Below, piece after piece: positions 10,721 to 22,588 of a stretch of 64,000 nucleotides of DNA. The number at the start of each line of letters is the position of its first letter. Positions within the stretch are counted from its first letter, which is position 1. The stretch comes from a virus. The DNA lies in the IMG/VR virus record IMGVR_UViG_3300037137_001027, positions 32,001-96,000 of that record; one strand, given 5' to 3'. A model generated the notes under the pieces. The model did no database searches. It was not told the origin of the DNA and was given only the letters and a program-made list of their open reading frames with translations. The translations under genes were made by a program, and so were the position numbers.

Positions 10721-11206
10721 ATGGACACACTCAAATCCTACCTGGAATCTTCCATCTTGGCCTGGAAAGACTCGGCTATTGCAGCTTACAATAAGCTGAT
10801 TCTCGACCACGGCGAAAGGTTCTGTGGAGTAGTGCCTTCTGACTCAATCGAGGAGACAAGAAAGTGGCGCAAGGCTCGCAAGCCTAAGATCAAGCAATGT
10901 TTCTATAATTCGCAGATGTTTATACTAACCGCTGACAATGGCCTGTATTATGAAGGCTATTGCTTTGACGGTCTAATCCCATTTCATCATGCCTGGGTTG
11001 TCATTGATGGCAAAGTGGTCGATTTCACCCTGGAATCGCGGGATAAGTCGCTCAAACGTCAAAAGATTAAGAATACTGCCAGTAACCCTGTATATCTTGG
11101 CGTGGTCGTACCGAAACGGTTCATTATGACTAATATTGTCAAAACAGGCGTGGCTGAACCTTTGGCACACAAACACTATCTTAAATCAGAATTAAGATTT
11201 TTGTGA
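10721..11206 (+). CDS. hypothetical protein (C...HAW motif), probably leaderless
   Basis: ATG 9 nt after motif 10697; QCFYN and HHAWV suggest a transglutaminase-like fold (weak). Confidence 0.65.
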   Translation: MDTLKSYLESSILAWKDSAIAAYNKLILDHGERFCGVVPSDSIEETRKWRKARKPKIKQCFYNSQMFILTADNGLYYEGYCFDGLIPFHHAWVVIDGKVVDFTLESRDKSLKRQKIKNTASNPVYLGVVVPKRFIMTNIVKTGVAEPLAHKHYLKSELRFL

Positions 11207-11989
11207 GGTAATTTAATGGAAATAGGTCAATGGGTCGCCCGCACTAAAACCCCCTACGAAGACTTCGACAGATTCACCTGAAGGCCACACTCATTCGGGC
11301 AGGTTGTCCGAAGAATAGATGAAGAATATAATCCCCCGCAAGAAGTATACAAGGTGAAACTGTTTTGCCCTAAGTGTATGCACAACAATGGTTTGGGTGA
11401 ACCATTTGATGATATGCCAGCAGAAAAAGACTGGCATATTGAAGAGATTGTAATACTAGATAGTTTGGAACTAGAAAATAGAATATCGAAACATGAAAAG
11501 GAATGTTATGCCGCCAGCAATTTGTAATGGATGTGGAAATGAATCTCCTGCGTGGGATCAGCTTTGTGAGGTTTGCGCACAGTATGTAACTTGCCAGAAT
11601 TGTAATGGTAAGTATAAGCGTGGTCAGGGGTTGCAGGAAGTTTTCCTTTGTGCTGCCTGTTTACAGGAAGTTTTCACTAATCAGGATGAAGAAGAGGAAG
11701 TTTTCCGTCCTAAGAAGGCTCGATCCACGGATGTAACTGAACACAGTGACCCATACGCTGAATATGGGTTCGATCACCAATGGGAGCTTTATGATCGTTG
11801 AACTAAAGAAACAGGCGAATGATCTGGCTCAGAATGTTTATCATAATCTCCAAAATGCTGTCATGGCAGCTTCAACTGGTGGGGATTATAGCGAAGATTG
11901 GGAGCGAGCAATGCAGAATCAAACTGAATTGCTCGCCGTCATTAACAACCTTAAATACAAACAATCCCAAAAACCACGGAGTACGCCAA

Positions 11990-12265
11990 ATGAATCGCAA
12001 GGAACTAACTATGATGGAATGTCCTGAATGCGGCAGCAACAAAGTAACTACCACCATTGAGCATGAAGTGCTTAAATGGGGTCAAGCTGGCGATACGTTT
12101 GAATGTGATACGCCAGTTCGACACTGCGAATGCGGTTTTAATTGGATCGACCATAAAGGCATGAATGCCCAAGACCTGGCTTGCTTTAAGTTTGAAAAGA
12201 GTAAGGGCATAAACAGAACCAAATTCTGTAGTGATACCGAGCGGCGTTTGTGGGAACAAGCATGA
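11990..12265 (+). CDS. YgiT/MqsA-type zinc-finger-like protein
   Basis: MECPECG...HCECG. Confidence 0.55.
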   Translation: MNRKELTMMECPECGSNKVTTTIEHEVLKWGQAGDTFECDTPVRHCECGFNWIDHKGMNAQDLACFKFEKSKGINRTKFCSDTERRLWEQA

Positions 12266-12795
12266 AAACAATTAGAATCCCTGGTCCGTGCCACCGCAAG
12301 AACTTATAGATAAGTTTATTAAAATGGGTGCGCCGAAGACGTTAATTGCTAATTCGACCCTAGATGATGATTTGGCAAAGATAATAGCTCTTAAATATTG
12401 CTGTTATCTTGAAAGGGCTGACTATGAAAGGGATGACGGGCAACAGAGCAATTAGAATACTCGAATGGGCTGTAGGAACGCTAAGATGGGCTGGTGACAC
12501 TGATCCCAGCCGCCTCACCCCATTTGAGCGAGAATTACTAGCCAAATGCAGGGAAATAGAAGTCAATATCCCTGGCTATGGCAGGGTGCCGACCCTTGAG
12601 GTTAGAGAAATTACCCCCAAAACCAAACTGGTATTAAACGATGGAACCGTATGGGAAGTGGAATCCATAATCAATGTGGATAGCGGTTTATTGGAACTTA
12701 CGCTGAACGGCATTTTATCTGGCCGACAAATCATAAGGAAACGCCCCACCACCAGAATAGGCTATATCAAGGATTGAGGTTGTACTAATCGAGTT

Positions 12796-12996
12796 ATGAG
12801 CAATACCATTCGTGCTATCCCTGGCAGTCTTTGCAACTGTGACAAGTCCTTCACCAAGGACATTGAGCGCGGCCACGTTGACATCCCCAAGGCTGACATT
12901 TTTGGTGATGATGTTTGGGGGCAGGGCGGCAAGAAACACCGTAAGAAGATGCTCAAGCGTGCTGCTCGCCGTACCAATAAGGTTATTGAGGGCTAA
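12796..12996 (+). CDS. small basic protein, probably leaderless
   Basis: ATG 9 nt after motif 12772. Confidence 0.65.
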   Translation: MSNTIRAIPGSLCNCDKSFTKDIERGHVDIPKADIFGDDVWGQGGKKHRKKMLKRAARRTNKVIEG

Positions 12997-13378
12997 TCAA
13001 GTGAGAGGCTATATCTACAATAATCCGAAGCTGGCCTATGAAGGCGATGGCTATTGGTATTTTCTTGATAAGAACCCGCACGCCTATTGGCTTGTACTCC
13101 GCGAGCAAGAAGACGGCTATGTATTGCTTGCGCCAATCATCTTTGACGTGATAGACAATCTGCCTGAGTCCGTCATTGATTCTTGCCCTGTCCAAATTGA
13201 TAACGTAACCATTGGCATCGGGCGGTGCATTACCCGCCCCAAAGAAGACCTAACCACTGAACCAGTAATCTTTTTCAATCCAGAAAAAGCTAAACAGGTT
13301 TATAACATTCTGGCGCGTAGCGTGCGTGGAGATGACTAATTGAGGTTGTACTAAACAGTTCAACTAAGGAGGTCACTA

Positions 13379-13645
13379 ATGAGCATGGCATGGGAAGTAA
13401 CCGAAGAAGATATTACGCAAGTTCTGGTGGCGCACAACGTTACGTTCACTGATGAAGTTAGTGAACAAGTCTGCGAAGATGACGTGGAAGCTGCTGTTCT
13501 GAGTTATGTCGATTTCGACAATCAGGTTACGGCAGCGCTGTGCGAGATTGAAGACCAGCTTATCGCTGCTGGCGTTATTAAGGGTGAAAAGAAGTTCAAC
13601 CCGCCCGAAGGTGATGACGAATGGGAGGATGAAGATGACGAATAG
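13379..13645 (+). CDS. highly acidic small protein
   Basis: AGGAGG RBS after motif 13338; D/E-rich. Confidence 0.7.
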   Translation: MSMAWEVTEEDITQVLVAHNVTFTDEVSEQVCEDDVEAAVLSYVDFDNQVTAALCEIEDQLIAAGVIKGEKKFNPPEGDDEWEDEDDE

Positions 13646-14184
13646 AGAACGGGAATACGCATCCTGTGGGTTTGAATACGCTGAAGGAATTGAACGTGCA
13701 AACGTAGTAATCGTGCCTGGCACTGGTCGAGAAGTCAGGAAAATCGAAGAGGGTAGGTGGGAAGCACAACCCTGGAATGATAACTATTGGCTTGAATTCG
13801 ATGATCTGCTAGACGCCTTGAAAGCGGCAACGAGGCCAAAATGAACTCATTAGCAGTTAAAAAAGGCCGTGAATGGCTAGATGCGAACCATCCTGGCTGG
13901 CAAACTAAAATCAATTTCGATACACTTGACCTCCGTATCTGGAGTCGGTGTATTTTAGGCCAAGTATTAGGAGTTGCCAATCTTATACAAACTCCTAACT
14001 TGGTCGAGCATGGTTTCTTCTCTGACCATACTGCCGAAACAAACCAAATGATGATCGAATTGTGGAAAAAGGAAATCAATGGAAACTAAGACGCGGGACC
14101 GTGTTGCCCTGACAATCATCGCCATTCTTATCCCAATTATTATCAGTTGGGGTTATATGATGCTTAAAACCTACGGACAGTAAT

Positions 14185-14511
14185 ATGGAATGGTTCTGGC
14201 TCGCCATAGCCTTCGTCATATACATCATTTGCGCTTATCTTACCTATAAGGAAGAATGGCGCAATGAATGGTGGTATATCCCCGTTAGCTGTACTTTCGG
14301 TACTGTACTGGTGTTCATATGGTATTACGTTGTAAAATACATCGGTGACAAGGACCGAATCTACTTCTACAGCTTGTGTTGGGACGCAATTCTTGTTGGC
14401 GTCTATTATTTCTTACCAATCCTGTTTTTTGGCGTAAAATTGGATAGGTACGGCATCGCGGGACTGGTGCTGATGACTGCTGGCTTGATTTTGCTTAAAC
14501 TGAGACATTGA
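14185..14511 (+). CDS. 4-TM small membrane protein (SMR/DMT-like)
   Basis: four hydrophobic segments, C-terminal GIAGLVLMTAGLILLK. Confidence 0.7.
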   Translation: MEWFWLAIAFVIYIICAYLTYKEEWRNEWWYIPVSCTFGTVLVFIWYYVVKYIGDKDRIYFYSLCWDAILVGVYYFLPILFFGVKLDRYGIAGLVLMTAGLILLKLRH

Positions 14512-14857
14512 GGTTGTACTAATGTGGAGAGAAGTGCTGGAAACCTACCGTTGTCTTGTCAGGGCCAAGAACAATCTTGAATTCCTAAAACGATTGGCGA
14601 AGGACAGTGGTTATATCGAAGACGAAACTGGCCTACGCGGTCAGTATGGAGGCCACCGTGAATGAATTTGTAATGGTTTCTCCAATGGGGCAAGTCGTTG
14701 CATGGGCTTATGTCACGGCAGAATTGCTCCGCGCTCGTTATAAAGATGACGAAATGCGGTTGCCCGAAGTGGAAGAGTTTATTGAAAATTCAAAACCTGG
14801 GCATTTTATTGCCCTTGATGAAGGACATCTTCTTTTTAGGGTGACACAATGCTCAGA

Positions 14858-15130
14858 TTAACCCTTGATTTTTGCTTCTAGCTCTCTAATTTGATCCTGT
14901 GTATTTTTCAAAACCCTCTTTAATTTTACCATTTGTAGGTAATCTTTCATTAAATCTGGTCTAGTTTGCGGGATTTGCGGCTCTGATAGGGAACCATAAG
15001 TAGAAGAATAACCATGAGGTAATGGTATTGCTTCTGGTATTTCTTCTCCACTTGGGTCGGGCTGGTATCCAGTTGGGAGATTCTTAAACCGTGGGAAACG
15101 GGCTTCTAAAAATTCATTAAAAGTTTTCAT
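14858..15130 (-). CDS. possible internal head protein
   Basis: N-terminus MKTFNEFLEA resembles T4 capsid-targeting sequence MKTYQEFIAE. Confidence 0.6.
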   Translation of the reverse strand: MKTFNEFLEARFPRFKNLPTGYQPDPSGEEIPEAIPLPHGYSSTYGSLSEPQIPQTRPDLMKDYLQMVKLKRVLKNTQDQIRELEAKIKG

Positions 15131-17712
15131 GAAATTATATATCAAAAATGCGACAAATTATAAGGTGGAACAAATGACTCTTTACGATCTAATTCAGGTG
15201 CAGAAGGGGAAAGAAACCGTAATGATGACGGATTCTCTTTCCAAGGTAAGCAACCGTATGCGGACCTTGCGGACCAGTCATAAGGGTAAAAATATCGTAT
15301 ATGTCATTCGTCCGTCAACGGGTGAAAAGTATAGGCGTCCTGCTGCGCCAGGTGGCTATCAGTCTGGCGATTACGCTATCAATCCACCGAGGATCAAATG
15401 AAAGAATTCATTGATAATTTGCGTAAACAAGCTGCTGGTATCATGACGGAAGAGACTGCCGAATCGCAAAATCTCACCCTTACCAAAGAGCAATTCATGG
15501 CGGATATGCTCAAGGAAAAGGATGGTTTGGCGCTGTTGGATTGTTTGGAAAACGGCGAATGGCGAGTCGCTGAACGTTTGGGCCTGATTAACGGCTATCT
15601 CAAGGATGGTGCGCCCTATTTCGACGTGCCACGGTGGAACAATCTGGTTGCCCACTTGAGGATTGTAAACAGCGTATGAAATCCCAACACATAGAAGTCA
15701 AGACCGTTATTGAAGTTATAACTGAGGAAGAAATCAGTTATACGGAAGCAGAACGGCTTGCTCATGAAGTAGTCTCACGCGCATTGGAAAAACAATTAAA
15801 TAACATTGTTGAAAGAACAGAGAATCTTTCTCCACCTTTCTTTAACTTTGAGGTGAGTTATGCTCAAGGATATATTCCACAAAAGCAGAAGTGAGTTGGA
15901 ACGCATGGTTAAGTCTCACAAAAATAGAATGAGACTAATACTCGTTGTGTTTATTGCCTGTCTCGCTGGCATCGCACTAACTGTTGTGATGGTGCTGAAT
16001 GATTATCAATTCCTTTGGCTTATCCCTTTTTCTTTTGTGATGGCTGGACAATGGTGGCTCTCAAATGGCGGTCGCTGGCGTAAATAGGGTATGGAAGAAT
16101 TTGTAACTGCCGACCTTCTTAAACCTGGCGATATAATAAAATGTATATGCGAACAAGGATGTGTCAAGCCTGATACATGCCAGCAAATGCACTGTAAAAA
16201 CGATCCATGCAATACCACGCCACAAGGAACCTGGGAAAAGGTACTCCATGTCGCTATTCAACCCGCCACTAATAGCGACTGGTTTTACTTTACTTTAACC
16301 CATAATAAAGAATTTGGGACGTGGGGTAAGAACTTAGTTATACGCTTCAAACCCGATTGAGGTTGTACTAATCAAGTCATGCAAGACCCCAAGCTAGACC
16401 TGAAACACTTTCACTGGCATAAGGAAACTCGTACACTCACAACCGAGTTGTCTAGCCTGCCCATTAAGGTGCTGCCTTTCTATATCACTATTGAGAATCC
16501 CCAAACGGGGCAGTCTCGCGTGTTTAGAAAGGCAAATGTGGACGCAAACGAAGAAGGTGAAGTGCTGGCTTGGAAGTATGAAAACCTGAGTCATTCACTC
16601 CGTTTAACAATTTGGAACGATTAACATGGACTGGAATACTTTCGCTATTTGCTGGTTGGCGACTGCAACGTTTATCAATTTGTTTGATATGCGTTGGCAA
16701 CATTGGCATATGCCACGGTTTTATTTCTACTTCGTCCTGAATTTCATTATCATGGCTATCGCCTGGCCATACTTTGTGGCGAAGTGGATTTGTCACTGGA
16801 AGCGAACCGTCCCTACAAGGCTATACTCATGAAACGTAAGGAAATTAAATCCAAAACCATAACCCAAAGCAATGACGCAACTTCTATCAATTGCAAGCGC
16901 GGCAAGATAAAGCGTGCTAAGCGCCATAGCAGTAAGAAGTTGCGTCAAGAATTGAGGAAAGAAAATGCGGAAGGTCGGCAAGATGAAGCTGATGAAGTTC
17001 GGTGATATGCACTACGGTCAGTGGTTTCGAGAAGCTAACGGCGACCGTAGGTTTGTGAAGCTGCAAAACGTACTGCCGTCTGGCATCAAGGTTATTTATC
17101 GCAGCTTTGAAATTGAGAGCATTCCCGAAGGCCAAGACGCACGGCACGCAAAGCCTGGGCAGGCTTGTAGTTGTTTGCATTTCAATGCCGTCGATCAAGA
17201 CGGAATTCCAGGCTCTTGCCCTGATTGGCTTGAGTTTGAAATTATCGACGCACCATTTCCACAAAGGATTCATAATCATGTCGAAAGTTCTCACAGTTGA
17301 TAAGGCTTTAGAAATTCTTTCTAGGGCGAAAAAGCGTGTTGGTGGCGATGCTGCCCTGATCCTAAGTCTCAGTGATAGCGAACTTTACGATGTTAATGTG
17401 AATAACATGGTTATTTGCAAAGACAAAGACAATCGCTATGTCGAAGTTCAAGTCAAACACGATGGATTGGTGAAGTAATATGAAATCTGCTTACGATTTT
17501 TGCATCTATACTCCTGGTGAACCTGATTATTGGGGACAATTCGATAATCAGAGGGAGTTGTTTAGCTATCTTTCTCTAGCGGTCCCTGGATTCGTACCCC
17601 ATCTGCATTTGCGGCCAGAAGAAAGCACGGAATTCCGCGCTAATTACAGAGTAGGCGGCACACTGGTTGTAGTAACTGGAATGTAACAATTGAGGTTGTA
17701 CTAATCGAGGTC

Positions 17713-18024
17713 ATGATGGCTGAAAAGAAAGACTTCATGGGCGTCTATAAGAAGCGATACAACCCCACCAAAGAGGGCTATGGTAACGCTACCGAATGGA
17801 ACAGCGCATTCAGCGCTCGCATGGGCAGGGATGAAGCTAAGAAGACTCTTGGCGACACTGATCCCCTGGAAGCGCTTGAACTAACTGGCAAACCTACTTG
17901 GGAAGAAATCAAGACACAATATCGTAAGCTGGCAATGCGGTATCACCCTGACCGTGGCGGCGATGCTGTGATGTTCAAAAAGGTTCAGGCAGCTTACGAA
18001 CTACTGGAGGAGCAATACACATGA
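17713..18024 (+). CDS. DnaJ (J-domain) protein
   Basis: EIKTQYRKLAMRYHPDRGGD...FKKVQAAYELL. Confidence 0.9.
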   Translation: MMAEKKDFMGVYKKRYNPTKEGYGNATEWNSAFSARMGRDEAKKTLGDTDPLEALELTGKPTWEEIKTQYRKLAMRYHPDRGGDAVMFKKVQAAYELLEEQYT

Positions 18025-18255
18025 AATTGTTTCTTTATGATACTAAACGCCAACAGGTTACTGCCCAAAAAGATATGGGTAATTTAACCGAGAAAGATGT
18101 TGCTTTGGTTAATACTGTCTTGGAGTTTCTTCAAGATAATCTTGTCACCGATGGCCGATATAAGAATCTGACCTTGGCGGAAAGTATCGACGTAATTTAC
18201 GACGATGGTGAGCCACAGTTGGTAATCCGTGATGTACAATAAGGAGAGGAACAAA

Positions 18256-18498
18256 ATGGCTAATGCACTCGTTCTGCGGCGTGATGAAGTTCTCCCTGAC
18301 AATAATTTGTGGGAAAATAGGTTTGAAATTCATTCCGCCACTTCCGACCGCGTTTATATCGTGGCTCAGAACAAAGCAAGGCGGCATTGGGCTTGTTCCT
18401 GCCCTGGCTGGCGGCGGCACAGGAATTGCAAGCATCTGGATTGCCTGCGGCTCCCGAACTACGAAAAGCCGCATGAAGTTGTTCTACAATTGAGGTAA
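18256..18498 (+). CDS. SWIM zinc-finger protein
   Basis: WACSCPGW...CKHL. Confidence 0.75.
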   Translation: MANALVLRRDEVLPDNNLWENRFEIHSATSDRVYIVAQNKARRHWACSCPGWRRHRNCKHLDCLRLPNYEKPHEVVLQLR

Positions 18499-18769
18499 AA
18501 AATGCACTGCACATTTAGTACCAATATCGACTGCATGAAGCGGTTTATGGGTAACATTTCTGGTCTACCCATCGAACCGTCTGTGGGCGATTTAGTTCGC
18601 GTCTGGAAAGATTCGGAATTAGAAGTGTATTTGCAAGTGGTGGCACGGACCTGGACCTTTACAAATGGCTCAGACCCGCACCTTACTTGCGAACTACATT
18701 TGCCTAAACATAATTGGGAGTCCTTGGCCCATTTCATCAAGGTAATGGGCGAGCATAACATCCGATGAA

Positions 18770-18858
18770 CACGGTGAGCGGGCAACGGAGGTATAAGCAG
18801 CGCCGCAATACCCACGGTGAGCGGTTGCTGTAGACTTATACCCCGCCCCGCAATACCC
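18770..18858. repeat. two-fold symmetric intergenic rod/hairpin
   Basis: ACGGTGAGCGG x2 and CCGCAATACCC x2 with mutually complementary spacers. Confidence 0.75.
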
Positions 18859-18902
18859 GCATAATTGCGGTTGTACTAATCGTGGTATAGAACACTAGAA
18901 CA

Positions 18903-19328
18903 ATGGAGATTACCATGATTCCTGAAGCACTGGAAAAGCGAAACAACGTCCTGTTTGAAAAGCTGGTTCCTGGGCAGGGCCAATGCGATACCCTGGAAGG
19001 TGAAACCCTTCGGGCCATTAACCGTATCATCTATCGCTATTACAACGATGGCGATTACTGGTTCGATGGCTATGGTTGCGAAACCGCTGGCCCCGCTGAG
19101 TCCTTCCTTCGCCAGTATGGTGTAATCGACCTTCGGATTGAACTTGAAGCAAGCAATGGCACCGAAGACAAAGAGTACGAAAAGCAGCTTGCAATCATGC
19201 TGGAAAAGGTTGTCACCTATATCGAGGCGCAGACTGAATATCGTAAGAATTACCACGATATGCTGGATTGCGAACCGCGATATGAGGAGGAATACGAAGA
19301 GGAGTACGAGGAGGAATATGAAAGTTAA
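18903..19328 (+). CDS. hypothetical phage protein, EEEY-repeat tail
   Basis: LVPGQGQCDT.EGE.LRA..RI.YRYYNDGD. Confidence 0.75.
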   Translation: MEITMIPEALEKRNNVLFEKLVPGQGQCDTLEGETLRAINRIIYRYYNDGDYWFDGYGCETAGPAESFLRQYGVIDLRIELEASNGTEDKEYEKQLAIMLEKVVTYIEAQTEYRKNYHDMLDCEPRYEEEYEEEYEEEYES

Positions 19329-19925
19329 AATGACCGATCTTGAAATTCAGCAATCAACAGAAGTAAAGGCAGAAGCTCTAAAAGCTATTGCTGCCCTTAA
19401 TAACCTGATTATCGCTGGCGTGCGGCACGAAAACATCACCAATGCTGATTTTCTAGTCAATACTTGGTTTGATGCCATTATTGGCGAGGAGGAACGATAA
19501 TGCTTGTTTGGAAGAAAATTATCTGGCTCCGTGAACGTGTCTACGAACAAAAGAAGTGGATTGACCGCTGCGGTGGCAGTCTTAGTGGTTATATCGACAA
19601 CTATGGCGACCCTGGCATTCCGCCCCTAAAGGACGGCAAGCCGCATATTCTCACTGTCCCTGCTAATAAGCAGCACTTTATCGAGAATAGCCATGCCCGC
19701 GTCCCTGGCACGGATGACCAGTTCTACGCCAATTACTACGGCGAGGGTGGCACCAAGATTTATGAAGCAGACTTTAATCGCCTGAAATCCTGGTACACCG
19801 AACTCAGTGAATTGCAAATCCATAACTTCGCTGCTCGCCAGAAGGCAGACGAAATGGAAAAGAAAGGCGTCAAGGTAAGAGAGTAATTGCGGTTGTACTA
19901 AACAGAGCAACAAAGGAGAAATAAA

Positions 19926-20438
19926 ATGCCGCGAACCGACCCGATCACTGGTTGCTCAGTTATGACCTTCCCTGAATTCATCCACGGTGAAGCAGAACGG
20001 GAAGGCAAGGAACCACACGAAATCATGGATGAAATCGTCCAGAGTATCGAAGACGATAATGAAAAAATGCGGCAAGAATACCGCACCAATGCCCTCAAGT
20101 ATATCCAAGATGAAGCAAAGGAATTGCTCCACGGTTGGACCGAAGATGCCAAACATAACGGCCAAGTCGATAAATTCAATCGCTTTGATTTCAAGACTGA
20201 CCAGTATATCCACGAAACCCGTGTCTATGACGCTGGCCCCCGCCCGCCACAACCTATTGCCGTGATTGAAGTTGTGGACGTTGATTTCAAGCAGACTTTT
20301 CGTAGTTCGGGGTCCAAGATTGTCGCCAAGTGCGCGGCAGACGACGGCAAGGAATACACTTACACTCTGACCCGTAGTGACTGGTCTGGTTCATTCTATG
20401 AACCGCCAGATTGCGATGTTGAATTGACGTGGGAGTAA
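19926..20438 (+). CDS. hypothetical protein
   Basis: AGGAG RBS after motif 19885. Confidence 0.7.
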   Translation: MPRTDPITGCSVMTFPEFIHGEAEREGKEPHEIMDEIVQSIEDDNEKMRQEYRTNALKYIQDEAKELLHGWTEDAKHNGQVDKFNRFDFKTDQYIHETRVYDAGPRPPQPIAVIEVVDVDFKQTFRSSGSKIVAKCAADDGKEYTYTLTRSDWSGSFYEPPDCDVELTWE

Positions 20439-20552
20439 TTATGCCTTCATCTGAAGATTGCATTGATGCTCGAAACAATGTCCGCGAATGGGCTATTCAA
20501 GCCTTAATTTAGGACTAGGACTACCAGAAGTCCCGCTCCACATTTCAATTGG

Positions 20553-21326
20553 TCACGGAGTTTTATAACTTTTGATCCTGGGAGCGATAATTTCATCAAT
20601 ATAAATGGCGCTGATTTCATTCAAAATGAAATTTCGCTTATTGAGTATGCAGGACACAGCTTCGCTCCCCGAACCGCCAAAGGGGATATAAACTAAATCG
20701 CCTTCATTGGAACTAGCCTTGATAATCCGTTCGCACAGCTTGAGGGATTTTACAGTAGGAAACGCTGATCCATCACTAAGGTAAAAGCGTTCTTTTGAAC
20801 TTTGGCTTGCTTCGGTTATATCTGCCCAAACGTCGGTGCATCTTTTGAATTTGTTCTTGCGTGGCTTGCCATCGAATCCTAAATCCTTGCGGTTTGTAGG
20901 CTCATCCAGGTATATTGGGTTCCAAATGTACTTATCGCCTTTAGCCATGAATACTAATTCTTCTCTGGAATGGACAAAACCCTTTTTCGTTCCTCTGCCC
21001 CTGCTGTTTCTTTGGGTTATCCAATTGATTACTTTGAATAAGTTGTTCTGCTCTACCCACTCGGCCAATCGAAATAGGGGGTAGCCCTTATTATAACCAA
21101 TGGTCCCCCATAGGTAGAACGTACCATTAGGCTTTAATACTTTATGGCACCCTTTGATCCAGCGCTGGCACCAAGCTAGGTATTCATCAAGGGATTTCCA
21201 AATGAAATCAAATTCGCCACATATTTCAAAATAAGGCGGATCGGCAATGACTAAATCGAATATGCTGGGTTCGCAAGAATCGAGATATTCAATGCAATCT
21301 ATGTTGTTTATTGTATTGAGTTCCAT
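20553..21326 (-). CDS. DNA methyltransferase (N4-C/N6-A, beta class)
   Basis: DPPY precedes PFGGSG SAM-binding motif. Confidence 0.9.
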   Translation of the reverse strand: MELNTINNIDCIEYLDSCEPSIFDLVIADPPYFEICGEFDFIWKSLDEYLAWCQRWIKGCHKVLKPNGTFYLWGTIGYNKGYPLFRLAEWVEQNNLFKVINWITQRNSRGRGTKKGFVHSREELVFMAKGDKYIWNPIYLDEPTNRKDLGFDGKPRKNKFKRCTDVWADITEASQSSKERFYLSDGSAFPTVKSLKLCERIIKASSNEGDLVYIPFGGSGSEAVSCILNKRNFILNEISAIYIDEIIAPRIKSYKTP

Positions 21327-21493
21327 ACCTGTTCAATAATTCAGTAATCGCGGACAAAAAATACAGCAATTAGCGGCATCTGAAAAAAATACAGCAGATG
21401 CCGCTTTACAATCGGAAAAATCGTCGTAGAATAAGGTTATCGCGGTTGTACTGAACAGGGAAGCGACACCTCATTAGGGAGAAAACTAGCTTT

Positions 21494-22369
21494 ATGTTCC
21501 AACCAAAACTGACGGTTTCATCTTCTCACAAGGCTGAAAAACTTGTGAAGATCATGGGTGGTAGCTCGTTGCCATATAGTAACAAAGGTGTTACTGTAGA
21601 TCAAGTCAAAAAGATCATGGATGGCGTTATTGCGTCATCGGGTTACATGTCGTTTGTCCTTAATGCCATGTTGGGTGGTTTGGGTGATATTAAAATCTGC
21701 ACCAAAAAGCTTGAAAAGCAGTTAAGTGACCCTGAAGCTTACGGATGGCTCCAGAAAAAGGGCGTGCAATATGTAGTTGATGGTAAGTTTAAGGGCGTAT
21801 GGACACGGCAACACGTCCTTACTATTGGCACTACTTTGTATCGCTGGTATGAGGATGAGCGCCGCAATCCGTTAATTTGGGGGACCGAGCAAGCCGCTAA
21901 AACTATCGTTTATTGCTCTGTTTTCCTCTTACTGCCTTGTATCGAATGGCTCGCCCGCCGCAGGCTAGTGATTCCTTTAGTGTTTAGTGCTAATAGGAAT
22001 AATATCACTCTCAGTGCGCAAAAAGAACTTGAATGTCTTCTGGACCTATATGAGCATGTAGAGCTTATTTTTAATGGCGAGCGCCTACCTCTCAGCTATG
22101 TTAGAAATGAAATTTTGGATAAGAATATCCGAGCGTGTTATGATAACCATAATACAGACTGGACTAATTTGGTCTTTAACCGCGAACCTTCTGCCCTGGC
22201 CCGCTTCGTTGAAAAAATCGTCCTTAATAACAAAGACGTAGATTGCACTTTCGTCCCAATTTTAGATGAGGTGCAAATTGGTTCCGCTGTCGGTGGGCTG
22301 GTTGACCGCGTGATGCAACAATTAAAACTTATTAAGTCTGACCAAGAATTAAAGGCATTGGTTTCTTAA
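21494..22369 (+). CDS. SF2 helicase-like N-terminal half (degenerate)
   Basis: GTEQAAKT (Walker A-like) and PILDEVQIGS (Walker B-like). Confidence 0.5.
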   Translation: MFQPKLTVSSSHKAEKLVKIMGGSSLPYSNKGVTVDQVKKIMDGVIASSGYMSFVLNAMLGGLGDIKICTKKLEKQLSDPEAYGWLQKKGVQYVVDGKFKGVWTRQHVLTIGTTLYRWYEDERRNPLIWGTEQAAKTIVYCSVFLLLPCIEWLARRRLVIPLVFSANRNNITLSAQKELECLLDLYEHVELIFNGERLPLSYVRNEILDKNIRACYDNHNTDWTNLVFNREPSALARFVEKIVLNNKDVDCTFVPILDEVQIGSAVGGLVDRVMQQLKLIKSDQELKALVS

Positions 22370-22392
22370 CCCTTTTTACGACGGAGGATTTA

Positions 22393-22569
22393 ATGTTTAT
22401 TTTCGTGTCTGCTACACCTGTCTGCCTAGTGATTGACGAAACTCACTATGGGACTGAGTATCAAGGTGCCTGCCGCTGGCTTGTTCGCCTATCGGCAGGG
22501 CGCATTCATTCAGGAATTGACGAAACTTACTATGGGATTGCGATTTTTAACGGCACAACTTTGTCCTAA
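22393..22569 (+). CDS. 58-aa ORF with helicase-motif fragments, or rearrangement scar
   Basis: GGAGG RBS; FVSATP, LVIDETHYG and IDETYYG. Confidence 0.4.
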   Translation: MFIFVSATPVCLVIDETHYGTEYQGACRWLVRLSAGRIHSGIDETYYGIAIFNGTTLS

Positions 22570-22588
22570 CTGTAATCAAGAGGTGTAT

